This document shows positions 63,001 to 64,000 of a DNA stretch of 64,000 nt, in pieces; the stretch's first letter is position 1; each line of letters begins with the position of its first letter. A program made the position numbers and the translations under genes. The DNA is from Promethearchaeota archaeon (GTDB lineage: Archaea > Asgardarchaeota > Lokiarchaeia > Sigyniarchaeales > SOKP01): assembly GCA_030599585.1 (NCBI GenBank), contig JAUVNS010000019.1:1-64000 (forward strand), written 5' to 3'. The notes beneath the pieces are model-generated. The model was given only the letters and a program-made list of their open reading frames with translations, was not told the origin of the DNA and ran no database searches.

Positions 63001-64000
63001 TTCCAAAATTTTTAGACCATTTAGAGTTGAGATTAATGTCTTGGAGAGAATACCCGGTCCAAGAATTGTATCTAATTTCGTTAGAGATAACTACGTCGGG
63101 ATTGTCGTCGCTTTCGACCATAACCATTAATTCACATTCTAAGTTAGAATATGGAAGCGAGGACATGTGTTCGAATTGGTCGAAAAATAAACTAATGGCG
63201 TCAAAATCGATTAGTAAGTCAATTGAATTATCGTTAGATTGTTCTAGATATGGATCCACGAAAGCTGTAACATTTTCTAAATTCAATTTGTTAGAAATCA
63301 AAAATTCGCTTTGAGCGTAAGTGCTTGACTCGTGTGACTTAGTTAACACGCCAAACGACTCCGAAGAGAAATTAGTTGGATTAAGTTTGAAAGAAAGGTA
63401 TACGTTATCTAAACCGACTTGATATTGGTCGAGGTCGGCAGTCTTGTTTAAACTCCAATCGTCTTTTACTAAGTTAAACCTTAAATTGAAGTGTTCCGTG
63501 AAGTTAATAGGGTAGGGGAATTGTACTTCGAAAGGGTAGATGTGATTTTGAACTTTGGTATCAGTTGCGTTAATTTCTGAAAACGATAAGGAAGTTTGCG
63601 ATAGGTTGTAAAAATACCTTAAGTATTCGGGGTAATAGGTAGCGAGGTTATTCTCGACCCAATTATCCAAAGTTTGAGCGTTCCAATCTGTATCTAAAAT
63701 TACGCACTGAGTACCTGCAAATTCTAAGGAAACGATATATCGCAACCTATCTTCTGACTCGAGCAGGTCGTTATCAAACACGCTTAAGTCTAAATCGAAG
63801 TATACGCTCATATTAGCTGAAAATGCACTATCGGTAAAAAGGATGGGCATGAAGTCAGCAGAAAGCGTGCTAAAAGAGTTGAGATCGGCTCTCGCGCACG
63901 AAGTATATTCTACTGTCCAAGAGTTCGAGTTATTGGTTGAAAAGGTCCAAAACACTCCGTTTGACCAAAACGCGTCTGGATTTTGCTCTTCGGTACTTTC
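27050..64000 (-). CDS. Giant (>12,300 aa) surface/adhesin-like protein with LamG, Ig-like, lectin-like and Dx[DN]xDG modules, a hydrophobic helical region and a C-terminal PD-(D/E)xK-like nuclease; 5'-truncated by the window
   Basis: Uninterrupted frame. The 15 codons upstream of the tracked GTG (63955) are also open (ESTEEQNPDAFWSNG), so the true start lies beyond 64000. LamG motifs WWKFDEGNG / GTWVHFG / FDGSIDDFRFFNR; Ig-like D..[AGS]P motifs; C-terminal GTYTH..IE...E..V...VDLSI...VVDFT...K...K.YQ..DR.L.IV. Confidence 0.9.
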   Translation of the reverse strand, partial: ESTEEQNPDAFWSNGVFWTFSTNNSNSWTVEYTSCARADLNSFSTLSADFMPILFTDSAFSANMSVYFDLDLSVFDNDLLESEDRLRYIVSLEFAGTQCVILDTDWNAQTLDNWVENNLATYYPEYLRYFYNLSQTSLSFSEINATDTKVQNHIYPFEVQFPYPINFTEHFNLRFNLVKDDWSLNKTADLDQYQVGLDNVYLSFKLNPTNFSSESFGVLTKSHESSTYAQSEFLISNKLNLENVTAFVDPYLEQSNDNSIDLLIDFDAISLFFDQFEHMSSLPYSNLECELMVMVESDDNPDVVISNEIRYNSWTGYSLQDINLNSKWSKNFGNLYYTLNLENFSVEIHNKEEYFQLTQTEKQALFALLKDLYESNEQVVYLVLNVKVKTYDLNSYNIQNGVNLIFNSLKLSIDWRNGSANNQLYLLTKESNPYGFFEKVSKGADLNLLSDFDIEIDNRDDFIAFSSTSDAYYPASQEGNNYNYLPVLIKTVENTCPANYLNLINTHLTDCFGYYDSYQDELLIDGPDSTGRVGIVTPNLESEDTLDYYLRSIITVHPFFEYQNGTDRDKATDEFKSELLKFKLEIFNQFSSKILSEYSNASIKIQEFDFNDFSNVTNDLGQKYYYTKDPIKIYIYGDDIVTDTDYLFLELTAQLKDAFYITSEKEFRSRWGVIIDSVKFEFVQGDILPEFVNVESFTVVSGLYPVEVKAIGNDFEWAALYYNYKNMGNYSGWDLVANVSQYSFENNFAYFNFTWNTTNLVDDTIYELKAVFQNNKGSQGSLTVSNLTVINNPPNITCKAFSIGINDWEPISDSQEVNSDIKFTTTNNNGVSLTKVIYYMYNDVPTTQNKDNWTQMVELSDSSGDFAYYISSESVPNGTWYAISEAYNGAFSSFDTYENKTIVSPFKNAIKVSNTVSKKDEISLVISDVIESRIDYAKFWAVEQGYANWTLINNATYSPFSAPFINLPWEESLLFNIVVELKVTYPLFGSYNLNLTKNDLELDLDGPSITVDTNPNDVLYQIQQASGSWTATSEFDGLVNGTISSSNNDFKSYRLSYNYGKGWRDDLTVYGANDTLQWNVKYMPDGDVDFKIVGYDTSGNDGNELLFSFVNDQNYFSDLYVENYAFDRIYDIFEPFYFKIYPIAQDLKVLNLTVGNKVYTFEKIDPEAEGLYFQHLITFDPIDFDFEDQTVDTQILKIKASDLKSQSIELLIPFTVSLGLDTNIYINDLQIDKNYYNVGENTERTWWKFDEGNGLVIYDATGNNDGSLIGIESWTQGKVGDHSLTLNSITVIPSQPQDFTLEQGSSDWSGNLEKIDSSATQFTSEGFDFDYNYEKHEPYYELLWADSLSSFQSSYMRHLYFPDGYNDSFFMNPLSMTTSLPTETLSEDWTNWNLNYNSAFTSSSFSNGDLSSEFVSYNDHLTPSQPSDFSVILGDYSAPYGNLTSSGDTNSTISSELVPSGGSQLAKVPAQLGDFSFTYGSLATPYGDLLGDDADETTINSGKYFTNVANYPTLRPDYTYSNTWTLYPSSGSAHEKIDDTGTGSDYLSGQNTNCEVGIQNPSWVAGTEVTDVKIRARIKESTPAFCGVSVRWRIGTGVYSSAKTAIVGDSWTWTSYFTWSGLSLTQSQVNDLRVYVAWFKLTGSAYTVSVDSVETVLTRGTPNHRIYAEFSMIPSNVYSMDWVYYAGNGGTAEIYDWDAPGWHGMGNSFSQSLATYDEYYQDGTNKVLMRVYTSVQSSAHSMTLDQARVDYKPVIDMYYLDADVSWSVSDVYAYTLDEINFAHSSSATIDFYAWKFTGSGTGWNLISDSSPFELTSDYYDGSNTVKVRYLANSLSAFDLDIDQLRVDYTSVKSTGEVFADITKSISSNFLDRYDSGYSNYKKLYDVSIDFDYNFTKDHTDFSDFATFYIDSSESALVRDSSWHHFSNTFEFDSTSKDSFGLKFNISNGLLEIVNLRYTFVFKCLNLSNQMLLQQEFELAYPDESSLSQFEKENGMFIINLDYSINTTSDSFDYYNNYGRENKFEIIYEIKADGQWHSAIYATNNSETTQSQFNVSSFMDGKGLSVFEDFNVTFVIIGNNTQLIVNKVELYDYRAVVPPTLNFTVKLPLGISDSTDNIGLYYGYRTNITQPIIFSVWDYSLSKWENVSISSFSTFSKNIYNLSSDHFDGNYEVLLKFYGENQLESFKLDLEMLKIIVYDYIQTSPIFENGQDSFAITGWVKLNELNNTIALYGEYESGELVRNYLSVLENGALSFDHNPPAGGSVVSGPELFEIGTWVHFGITKENGIVTFFKNGIQFGPSVTHNENYTGNSPTYGAIGARFANETWANNLFDGSIDDFRFFNRSIPIGAIRLLCNNSNGNSMALQEGNYDGIYHHTDKTFPTSNTFLLNITSLYQSVWGMPYYNTRPNIKFIGQTYGNAYEYSFVPNVDLNNKANLTVQTTRSITGQQVLKVKPVPSGMFEITRLFIDSNNDEGYATILQPSDIFYYYDTNNENKTLFIQFNDDYIEHDTYKIIVEYTYSTTMLNNFSFVLNLDVFNFVSDVYNLEITAYNIHNTEIVQSYLGMVVDHSGPVVDPQFEDGVFLNHTSGMVAFEITDPSGVDSVFLQIYESDWRAVSGSTEVIGGVFSFYFNEPLLNQTQIIRVISNDTLGYLSVDEFNIYFDDTVLGFFPETLQSGFLFNGSSLMRINSDGTGLFNKSIYSLHIYANSEYVDLGTYYNLPYDFDDLIIDSNRIPDGSHNLTFVFTDYTNNVFTFKYPIIVDNSPPQITGKLMNSHSFSNDIYFNDNTDLELELADISQITSVKIFVLKTLASPAIYEEQGSNKNWFNVIMRRNSWNSSNYLYLATNRTTYSFHDYWTNATGKYYENSILWNDEVISLLNLNVYAIEEAVTLDGVSIPFFFDSVTQEITFDERYKNYLTTDIILKGIKCNFGWNASFSYDQQNWVLNNLDISAFLSGMTESWTDNLLGFENDDPHYNFPRKYTRDRFEFYFEVEDLYGNTLVTQRYQAHYDDLTPEGSFGLLTANTTNGGIYWELGKTGDAGNIMFGSSDHDHKTLYFTPGYVFNATSQSYYVKHGYRFLHNIEKIKLFNASNYYLGEMVFDPLTIPFPTYQFELNGKNFAEGLTHVKAEIYDKADNMFVVIQNLYIFNEDSSSLEGALNFGDIVYHSSNTNYTENPIQFSGFVDNWIDNANTSDVTVDMSYYDYSDQIWLPMGTSTTSNGYFTVDWQVSNNTFYKLMPNQRSYLPINYTYHQQPSNYFYGSYGTFDDTGAIHPFLVGLNGDIYVYSFNDSNNQWFVNFTIPLGFSLIGKKISNYYLNNDNYTDLVIFNKLSDSDAISFYIYNSSSLSYYLNQTTTVSSITLPEPLPDAIFKDFLLDFTSDQSFTMYVSVSNSSNEVNYVAQLDFDASLTKTQVSDATQIYGQKVHSTMRLIGDKLYFGTINPSFNGIINSSMYSINKDLTPTSLIIFETAIKGAIIEINSFMCEIGEVVVVGVSMKSYNENDKVFYYILDTSTDNWYKTEFSLDTGLESFASEIYDFRIFQIVNSKEDYLESVLISSSQGLWKTTIDTGVISLSATPVFYAVDTFRSWDMFEYQLPDDTDTALVPLSNYPAIEVINVYEFDKYRDYATGGGAYIYDSLREINPSGYKISGDKKQLICYKNEWHWENAADEYFEVRYFYEASIAEASGLLSAQYNTAEYEHVSNIAAKNSQIKADNLAFQLLNPNDLNHWTFYYGTQYEDWNYQFNDVTTGHPYILSEGDFWKSGINSVSDLSLLTEFGNNRMDYGTISTSGLEVSMSSDLAQFETGQDFNRPDDFQSLYENSYIDSVWAENLTLSTTVDMRQDLIDYSALTAEMGSIFGIDNVAAYKPTISDVTFIDQDGSSYDPSASSFEDALTQKDYTMSVWKEKDNAGDDLYLKVEFQLDHNEDAESIQGILISTSFGHVLYPIPGEQSFDNFDVGEEDNIFISLDNTNFGQSFETTNLDLNHATKELVKYKTINFGESIYSTAIDYGTYGNKYLKPSNAALEANFIYDSEYISEGLFTQDENDVFKFLYEQKTPFYPNDDVSEEHDYNYDYLKVDKSELSNSFVSDGKITFTVKLQGYTGDTLKLLDGSTGASELILRQFQCVVLTDKDNLNDINLDLGGLGNVEEAENGGVLLKSGKISLNDRAKTYPQLDYIDNSDNAKYRASFTFNKLPTSPTTVKFKIGGSNFYSYDAAQLEEGTHLAEITREKVNDIPTWKFFIDGSEISSFSLPGVITDLYPEIAIDSGEIIVLEIKNQVFHKIDSWDDFDYTDSAIVSGAGETNNNLTYSTASTDREIIYCFNENLYDFDSVFEDLRLWSDIDFYTDYSTSSPDFDPAYQYYQMNPLEGVESSTFFVDSVSDANWVVINGQAYPEEGYNLPALTKYYDDEWVRRSNFMEPSNELSFSFESIPNREYISDMEFAYKFRIRGSESEEVSGFEITNNFFTSLAHRFEIRSSFDNFQIPSEFWEVYTGSYLVSDYPMIYCDNEFDLTDIYRNTDSLELDSSNIGFYLNTWVNWLDVDWFTLNIDYSDEPVTIEDRLLNTEYGLPVSDSYEFYVLNNLYDKISLDSDANFNSNGEKLTTIAPQISSINSLIFDSSFGANTLSFGFGSKATYPNFAKNGDSISATNKINDFRIVPQLIDTEGKGLSDTTYPYETSWWQEQEFVSAMPFNLTFPEITPENIDGISDIIVKLQYNVSVANFNSWSWRPNLKIYDTLNKNWLSYYGTAYAYNDIEDKLVWPMEEPVTDHDQYDSVQRLHDHNYYFGNNDGKESDNCTIIFKISNDIEGYDLKNFFSFVGGKANMTLLGLTYVIPGTFNEGNWEVTYDENFDTKGRMAVSSELKYNNSYARTFLTSDVIHSNVQLSNIAHGQEFDAPASLQQPWIDLNGQLGSISVDDIARIVNVYGINENPKMVSVLVDPTPEDPIGSDFYRFDRTEGRLYLPFTAILNYEKFNFTMEVWSDLTPIGGKDYEPNGNFENVTIVENVIGVKSDGSIDYFTKNFEQDYSFYSEEPYFVHLNSDNSIDYIEFSESINLSPYTNIRAVVHEIYNNDNNNREEKINLLQHSAMKFPFAIAETENSIFLGLNLILNFSCGFVGKESVTNILSSSDYDVNLDFYQRVSGSNTYFGTLHLEDYAQVFYRYDTYNLDIDLKGSGLDLQKLFECFGEGKELLINITADFKGIHRGKRLHGQFALEVLNAEIDADLQDERPSIDMIELSSSKKGVQFVNMTSDFMHNPHFADITELYGYDDLTGLALINSQNYRYGSLKEFNSLSQQQGTHTGDLSSVIDDDNDYLTLTSEATSGVGLDYIFNGPDVPRQSEDFVISEGDAIYNGDFNLLDDNYSTVVANSDYYKYVPSQTQSETIQNIDDITVNYGSSVTGDISNTYADDSNYVYINSETILGGQLVNIIFDFDPSITGKDYYLSCHLENTNGISGTLYVNNNVFATGSTINFDSLIIADVDTINFIASDQFTSFSSRIYYLKLLEVSALTYAEGESDKAGDLEFKDDDLSTFTSRYIFGTPSTTTLTPNLDSSPLQWDESGDHYDRIQSADSDYISSEGAVSPYKIDRHRYTDVALSSGYLAYKVKITLRALKTVSDASVGLFVKFHDGTGYSSEKLVSGLTTTYQSFNVEWTDLGLDDSAVDSLEVALVAKNLIFGFVAGDVQVDMVSVEITYAEVLEVRIEAASKITLTSDALYAEDIKLYYAYSTSADASTFGFDIWNYNTESWENIDGTRSFSAELTKDINNNYFDSEYNIIVRFKGSNTAQTAFEFELDQLKVYYENHTASFTSKIKLNTNLETKVLKYAYRTNISQSIAFSIYNYNTEAWFTLESGVSKSFTEQTFTLNNAFYSQENEILLKFLGTNATLVLDDTPETIENGRFKIEIDLLQVDSQIIPEQETTGVEQYWLGITFESDDSNFWLLYGDDSGYHHLATLSSTTETTFKISFSPTLLESRLQLRIINNQSATPVDFVIDRLYLFSDSTDNINDLIIESSEEYDLFYANLEFNNPPSLVDSREINIPLTFEEIKQGVYYVFGFEHLNAPFSVDRVKVIDSENDQNKIVLSTDYYHIAGDKIFVDSVLYTEITPDTILNVDLSYIYDSWEKDEYVDTQPFLHNFSVSADQRIEAVSLVVKFTEIPQIRSWFFGTTDSQDMYKKLSNKLYKDVNLLELEFYDYFNDVWISVPYVVYDLNDNDARTFAYFIDRVSVDFINFDGLTEDNFIYQLKYRFKIDQNYFGDEYSTKTFFDIEELTVQMFYNPIDSVISLNPQLTFSADITDVIHPDGDESVTAHINELSFDLDWERNVYISDAPVDGVDVNEMFNNYTLYSNYVSVYIVDKYGTKHDIDKSNGKYYIKHTNEDDLYDFIQYKFGKYFVDFFLSYEWELKGIIQYAYDAMFSIHATVEVTKWDVRAKITTINKELITPKVLGENSSIFIGDINGDSEQDIGFSGGFLENIDNNDRAFIKYQFSYLYDSNDDDIFNTTSDSRVYFVEHISDVCFTSTDLEGFLYYNEYNMNKTIILGEDKILDLTTSSNVDGASLFSSIESGGEGGGSGDSFKVIRGTAVISASSTTITITEGVDYTLESGQDSTTCFIRLTNTRLTGMGQTSGGRNSATVSELDNWAVRIQNPDNIATSITFQRAGTDLDCRVTWEILQYIGSSGDNEIIVRDVDITTCSGTTSYADGASISTISDSNKVVVFITGQYGVASSATNVQYGLFTASLEGSGPYTPRFTRGQSVASNDGVSYAVVEFAGSNWKDVQRLDVSNEATVWVTETGVGHTDVLITSVGGYALTNYSRAFIHQQFRFDSAAGLNDAGDNIDLISNTQLRIRNKDTAGVRNKVIWIIESTADSMVVEHGDFFLNDGGASEEHTWTETITTVSNMDSTSIFAQCSTDGGGTYFPRGATDYRLTAANEITFTECDHGQEKVITYDVVQWPSSISGGSSPTTNATKIGDFTTVENTINKFLYNWTNIQSFFSGSLVSGDNFTLIVELSDVDFGTKKNISYNCVLDFEAPTSTIAIGDGQTDYSLNNFAAPWTLIDVNSNDNLASIINHNDYYYNEPITEEYQVKVFDHNDNLAYQSGFLALSDNFDELFDLGIPVSGYEDHSLYYYVIEVRLTDAAGNSITNSSYLGDSYSYDGGIPKILVSNEVTIQFEDNLIDVNRLYSGLGDIVNFTLIGPDNSELKNKEIQLKSGNFFIKTTLWNETTQSYQIVLDSLYDLVLRSDNMFKNQLYANYEIDRKLNWDSVGEDYYAFAKHASQEEPLGLRFNLQELKSDILYIPEKEGFIMNDFLSLQEMYCYKWDAQLENFEDRYAFNSSEYSVATNGTISWNIDLDQLNVKDNEIIVVYYGSDYADVLKNPDSNGMYFELLIPNIYSTHGTIETLDIEFRDFENNVFYYRLDALDLDKYYQNASLYKRVIPGLSEMLEIPIYVDFVKLAASNIKVPFDISTLMAITFIVVDAPVWPGSLSMYDPDLEFTVINYPYQIFGVSEISVYDLLSNDSQLTAFFSEFGYDYNVIGSSIEIEKYNTELTNFTVFDSDKQQLNFTGNNLLSFADSIDVYFNLKYATELNPLYEYTTPLMGMYDTLSDTLLGLSFMDWDDSVNKYYCRFTLIEDISPDYSVKFMFLPFDVEKQVNSTQEILIDLVPETLSKINLWNEREVIFNEDYSFTLISEFVEKFNSDLSLSGSILDSKTYYRNREVIEYKATDPVGEFTLSEYEIDLHGLIGDSDFIDIDNFKLEFIDRENKNKITNLFEIVDGQEFNYATNVIEGCWISYYAYHMIDHPNKFMLIVNWTSDYDHLIAYDTELLLTYRVMQGKKITPVSFVDAEDALTPVDFRVFDYGTFEWVDRSTFKEPINLLNIQTENSSLIAGQISDVSPNYILDNSSIGSGIIDLVKVWKDTGSAYEILDPANFHYEIVNMAGIDALNFTYTGTGSVDVIFEYTFIPVLKLNHYSIDSFDSSVFVRFGEHEIKVQMVEGTDYDLIGTNRNKVIFYAFNTSIDQYYSISEQFSYYIEYEGYLTEEVNLASHLILEFLDEDGIWKPIKKIPLGILGDFDESFFLGEGGLQLPLGEVIIARLGYLPNNLTNYNNEHLEVEYSSYNSVYNTTQDIYELFTITVLGKTSSIEYVPTEYTTSVDNGVIIPSRQYYTTTNLYETLHEGEPYTALNYQKTITDSYDFKFRLQDVEGKAIANNLVWLEVGIKPKAGLNFKTIDWETESGEYIDSEALGNAFFSDEGSETCFGPGVMQAGTSRMLTRPELWEYKDPDSGEYGFYSSYIWDYQITNEFGVVSFNVSFNQDLIADFARVFDESMFSSGSITRDSLEDYRLYVRVIHAPVFNAGDMAFVDKSEVYGSNNDNVFDLSRVSELDDYDFSATQFYRGSYGEGLITVHAEDLLLGVPDLLVYQMESEEEDIFAFDIEIAEADLIPDANIMTEEEMANQFDQENLIPELGSSHNYLYDGSPVVVTITDYSGNSPFAEGSPQFIAYVDQNGQVTIDDATGLTDYYLTQLDPGVYQVNIHMPASSYTKEVYRFCTLEVRPENWMKFGEPTMTLDLLNWYDSGWGGASFGEDYGFYEDIYPRLTGYLATLHSQIGLNDYVNFKISARARDIGSQTAWNDLEWFELGDEDVWISSLVYDGLYYFEYPLGQDGAMLMGKEVQLNVTVDASYNQTGMIEDNREQQLHILNMSIVSSDIRTDMIIYQTYSDLDTNEDFYIGDTSIPYGVERYFEFTDDIETYGVESDDALLNLRGYEDLSIEVVEVRGMINYREEIISSLQYNFDTSGKMTLNEGPIADLDNHSDLIISYAIQIDPSEVLSFTFSEQEGFSNSQLIFNPITCDHIDNLGVFYSIFNETYNINVNGKTTLYKGYPNIIPANIKIFSIDDLDGTDLSDTYILNDLGSQIQVEFATLSDKDIYLSYGVSTYKLDRGYQRIDMNVYDAVRKLSELHSSNEIYDYESGPTPIDLIEVPDEPENPMESNSPIIIVPFLRDNKTTVSFEYLSLLYDTTLSGTFYLDDCALENAANLKPILATFTITTEDGESYFDYVDIIPTSGENEIDFEISLQPIYATIGYTTFDIQIDFLSYGDKPNIVPYVIISSFNLTADDRILETVSKPRVDSEGNLKVSTIINTQNYAQIYTDRLTDAYDVVDNAWFTIAVEGFNGYGDLVELYRDENNDLAFETQEDDQFYFQCLEENDRRLVDSLGFHLNAYDLELPEYIEGEVNLYAGKGTNTYGDEYVSDLEFNINWEQDYVVDIESFDEDIFNENFVLSELPLTSDGIFVEGELYLHHRIDITEPQNIITTDLPSGVEFAISIPDSTEKIDNIEISNIDRIARPWDWVESWQGFALTEDDYLGYNPDNALSYPTSFVKLTPSVDYEIVLTEEGQTQVHFFRQVSEIVSILGSDEIQIDFHSVHEFTSSDYAIAEDQNTYNSELHWQFPVSEAVEWSNFAYHPDLTTTDTFNASFYQISEYAPVEDFKSFVVDEFQFYPTEYNFTEFTFTDFTDYGGELFYGEVNLTYGGEFQERYDNIQPFGMVVQTSSGERYIDAKYIYGWQHDLSEYPVYTFALSKYDFREIDILEDSEILLTYYYPRESLSYTASQDDILFGDGYSFVVKDELGIEIDLIEKILSVEGNNITFTENMKLELVIGEKFTVEYWAKTRGGLLETKHMFIEVQPWEMQFYNDYYPFSGSSIMSPLYYNLSANYQYQMALNYRLVEKNTITLDFALDGHNIYNDVAELYIDYNQPLLDYDSTPIIFAYFYNITGDKDYFKEQDMTYDSGMKRLSIDLKDGEGVSNYYFDKPTQTGAIGEGDVVYVEIGADFHNKYQYYHNLEIDLTNEAYTLLNWEVAQDPENNLAPNFESDYFVFDYDSESPVGKGMVQEVMAILNETNALTYYLSEELSDPDGWDSFDTLIMRLGIMNPEVISSIKAEFYYGASTKIGETEITLDMIESETGSVYITLPESSSWDQFTTTNNASIVFTPEFLTETDFYAYYYEEGYPYLQTIQWIESDTIEGYLPIDLERLMFDTGEEVLVLNGEFEYVYSISEIGNRIDSFDYNGVQNAYDISVHNISLPTSYLDGLENAIEMYDNDILFLKYNSTLPKTISLAVGEMILQKSPYIENFRKGEPGEPDYVPFAEVSLLGINTDGEEYSVELDLFENREKMVAWESQLDLTPFENEFLDTYRQKVFNVSFEDISSTFKVIDSEGIDHCYITDIVISSNDPRYQIIVDSFFMFEFDENATLYDSDIFEVYPNNNMEKFYYGDYEDIYSEHVIFDSGSNPPLYYDDSGVNETFYFDAFDTAGNYYYFDDHLFGETVSQGVYDIYWNNMYSEHYNAWYYDEQTTELELEGLREDYNPHIEKFRYLYLSWADDNAWEEWRLIDQPNVNTSVLGITFEWYDEATEDFDSVLYNQSLSEFETRHIAIENVYPYDTNAISGEFELSQDYTPAQDLAIYSITGFYFNESEYEFNLLNCYVVSGEESIYIESETGVELSDFDRIVVLLSFTSGVLSDYSQFKLLDNAFNHPDTPAWTKNDSIYVDFEYTDLDYFLLMEDYEVGSEDSLFEHLEYTRNVNFVQNEQDIFTLDVNYQSIDFENFEAKNDLKNVLLMTDFDEDGTHESVLEKLDITGDGEFNVFKYGSVDPAGEISYYTIVYEADPVQAQVDKDFESMSTEWFELEQANIGVAKRIMLRTTITNAIEEKNYYSVQKDTDLDGFMDEETSYEVIYNNIEITTYTKEITEIKPEIELQQKATFSEELRVSSFTSSKMSQTITFSDLEAGEVVSTRVYEDAFPNELSEVSNVENYLIPAISSSITSQTTDLSAVFELSHSSDNVPAEFDKLTTIESGEIITENLLTSTQSISIPGTYSYNGQGFDSYSVDAIKSTPNEGTYWLNDLKSSSLSNRDQEGYYLYLDTSDDSIYETVIVMDKYDNVVGIGFDYDLDSKFHPGKTLPVEKDIVWSENYLGDSFTDNYIHFRESDKEIGVFNEPTFSDVLFDVGKMVFTESSDLIELAAEMATNQFEEQTDLGTLVLDIFQQFLATTAGMVAGVVSGSPLGYMLGYLAVSIPFQIVKIMEQENYIAHRTFRLDSSAGDTTLGEKFWFDDMYGNIMPITIFGSFGGVYAPVYGQTDKHSYNAEIIVREFNFEEEKASSLTTSYSLPKLDYWLSTRNLAGYSDFDDSLVIGFLQSTGVINPVFDNIGIPEFNHAKSSAYYIKNQVQEETGDNRDNYLDTIIPTIDYDTEHDRFSPRYSFIDSMGGIPAPEFYTEYPVFVSEDSSAVDQYGSIYKVIAIDDPEETVSIEIQLFDEESSLETDIASIEVYVVWAQTEPIKSTKSSHVNTFLPDQFKVDLSAGIITIDSDPALSMILNSYISKTDELDQDFGSVSYSQPKILFEIKVEKYRSVSDVRDLTSEQLSKIATAQAIEAAILEYNYQFNLATQTQFGFHELVYTAIVTAISTALSIVFTAGMGTIINSFVGEEGIKQVSSNVLKNLLGTFSDAAKSFSFAGVIGAVVKEIGQELVIDPWIESTVSGLVRRAGGDAILQIVLSSIAESGREAISGPLSSMFSSQQAQPKSLSERLDSKYASKGLRPTMQQFLTEISEYKTEIASQQEQNAEQMTLLRGANKVLSFVSLATGFTASFLLGPFGALAFTTIATYCLTEDISIKSVFSKVFNPVKIAISKSKVADYVRNNKKQVLVALGIGVASLGWMALQTLIPALSGFGVFGNLGISFGGITIGMTFDINKGENRKIDNLYYSIAQMTHHLYKILKREMFRFDKKFDFSKDLQYLKEKFDEYYAIWAKNHKGEYWIQKGATKINILSTKDGHSYEWFLDKFLEAYEDVHGTRDDETTKFFRDYGNFMQFIKGQAFENLRTPIKPRVVLIESLIDIFPKFWGVPFSYTRLAKLIFTKDTASLFLGKRRIDKRIDFTQLLEIDYNTYKLTEARFDSIGIKISSDQLKKLKSTVSQFIKEFVFLNPFGKPYINKYDKETSKVYVESKYDLYRGLYFLESENKGRSISFNELIDTIETEMLNPGHFLAYGNMLRENRNPYKKIRSYILSQPKNSHLRDVTHKAFKLHSRSLKGYLPNIVGTYTHLPIELLIMMSLKSHSFTIGVESEQPVGRLGKQVDLSIPVSATFLTVIGTLSRIIPNGIRELVVDFTHEAKRPKLKDYYITKKYYKEYQSKDRFLFIVLTHPSFTKSDIDQLTKDLNQRNPAFAKNIKIMLLDEFLITLKVQEKIRSKIEDLYNLVDDCLQRNDLDLRDESLVKLKNIYEQAKLILKFPLSQLRLTQFKGSFFNID

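Larger units (their letters stand above)
26170..64000. mobile_element. Putative integrated element / genomic island carrying the giant gene (only the left boundary is in the window)
   Basis: Visible rise in GC and CG dinucleotides relative to 1-26 kb, beginning in the last codons of the ubiquitin-like gene. No integrase or transposase is seen in the window. Confidence 0.4.

Noticed and set aside
27450-63314. Dozens of short (60-127 aa) ORFs inside the giant gene, on both strands
   Set aside because: They are fully nested in a 12,000-codon frame, have no recognisable motifs, and are expected as antisense or off-frame shadows.
1-64000. tRNA/rRNA genes, integrase or transposase
   Set aside because: Intergenic regions are short and AT-rich with no cloverleaf or rRNA-like GC-rich stretch, and no tyrosine/serine recombinase or DDE motifs were recognised in any ORF.

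Overview
AT-rich archaeal DNA, most likely from an Asgard archaeon of the Lokiarchaeia type. This is inferred from the combination of SepF, the LSm-rpl37e pair, Roadblock, an E1-like enzyme, a ubiquitin-like protein, a WD40-TIR protein and a Loki-type LRR protein. Positions 1-26 kb are gene-dense host chromosome: lipid/acyl-CoA metabolism, purU, an aldo/keto reductase, a gamma-carbonic anhydrase, nadA and several eukaryote-like proteins. Positions ~26.2-64 kb are compositionally different (CG-dinucleotide rich) and almost entirely one minus-strand ORF of >12,300 codons that is still open at the window edge. Two candidate systems stand out. (1) A giant polymorphic-toxin-like locus: an acidic surface stalk built from recursively nested beta-sandwich domains, a cluster of hydrophobic helices, and a compositionally distinct basic PD-(D/E)xK-like nuclease tip, followed by a small candidate immunity gene. 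The block abuts, and may be integrated into, the 3' end of a ubiquitin-like gene. (2) An NAD+/ADP-ribose module: a TIR protein with 21 WD40 repeats and an intact catalytic Glu, two convergent paralogous CorA/DUF155-like 2-TM proteins each fused to an ADP-ribose-type Nudix domain, and nadA. No tRNA, rRNA, CRISPR array, integrase or transposase was recognised. All domain calls come from reading motifs by eye, not from database searches.
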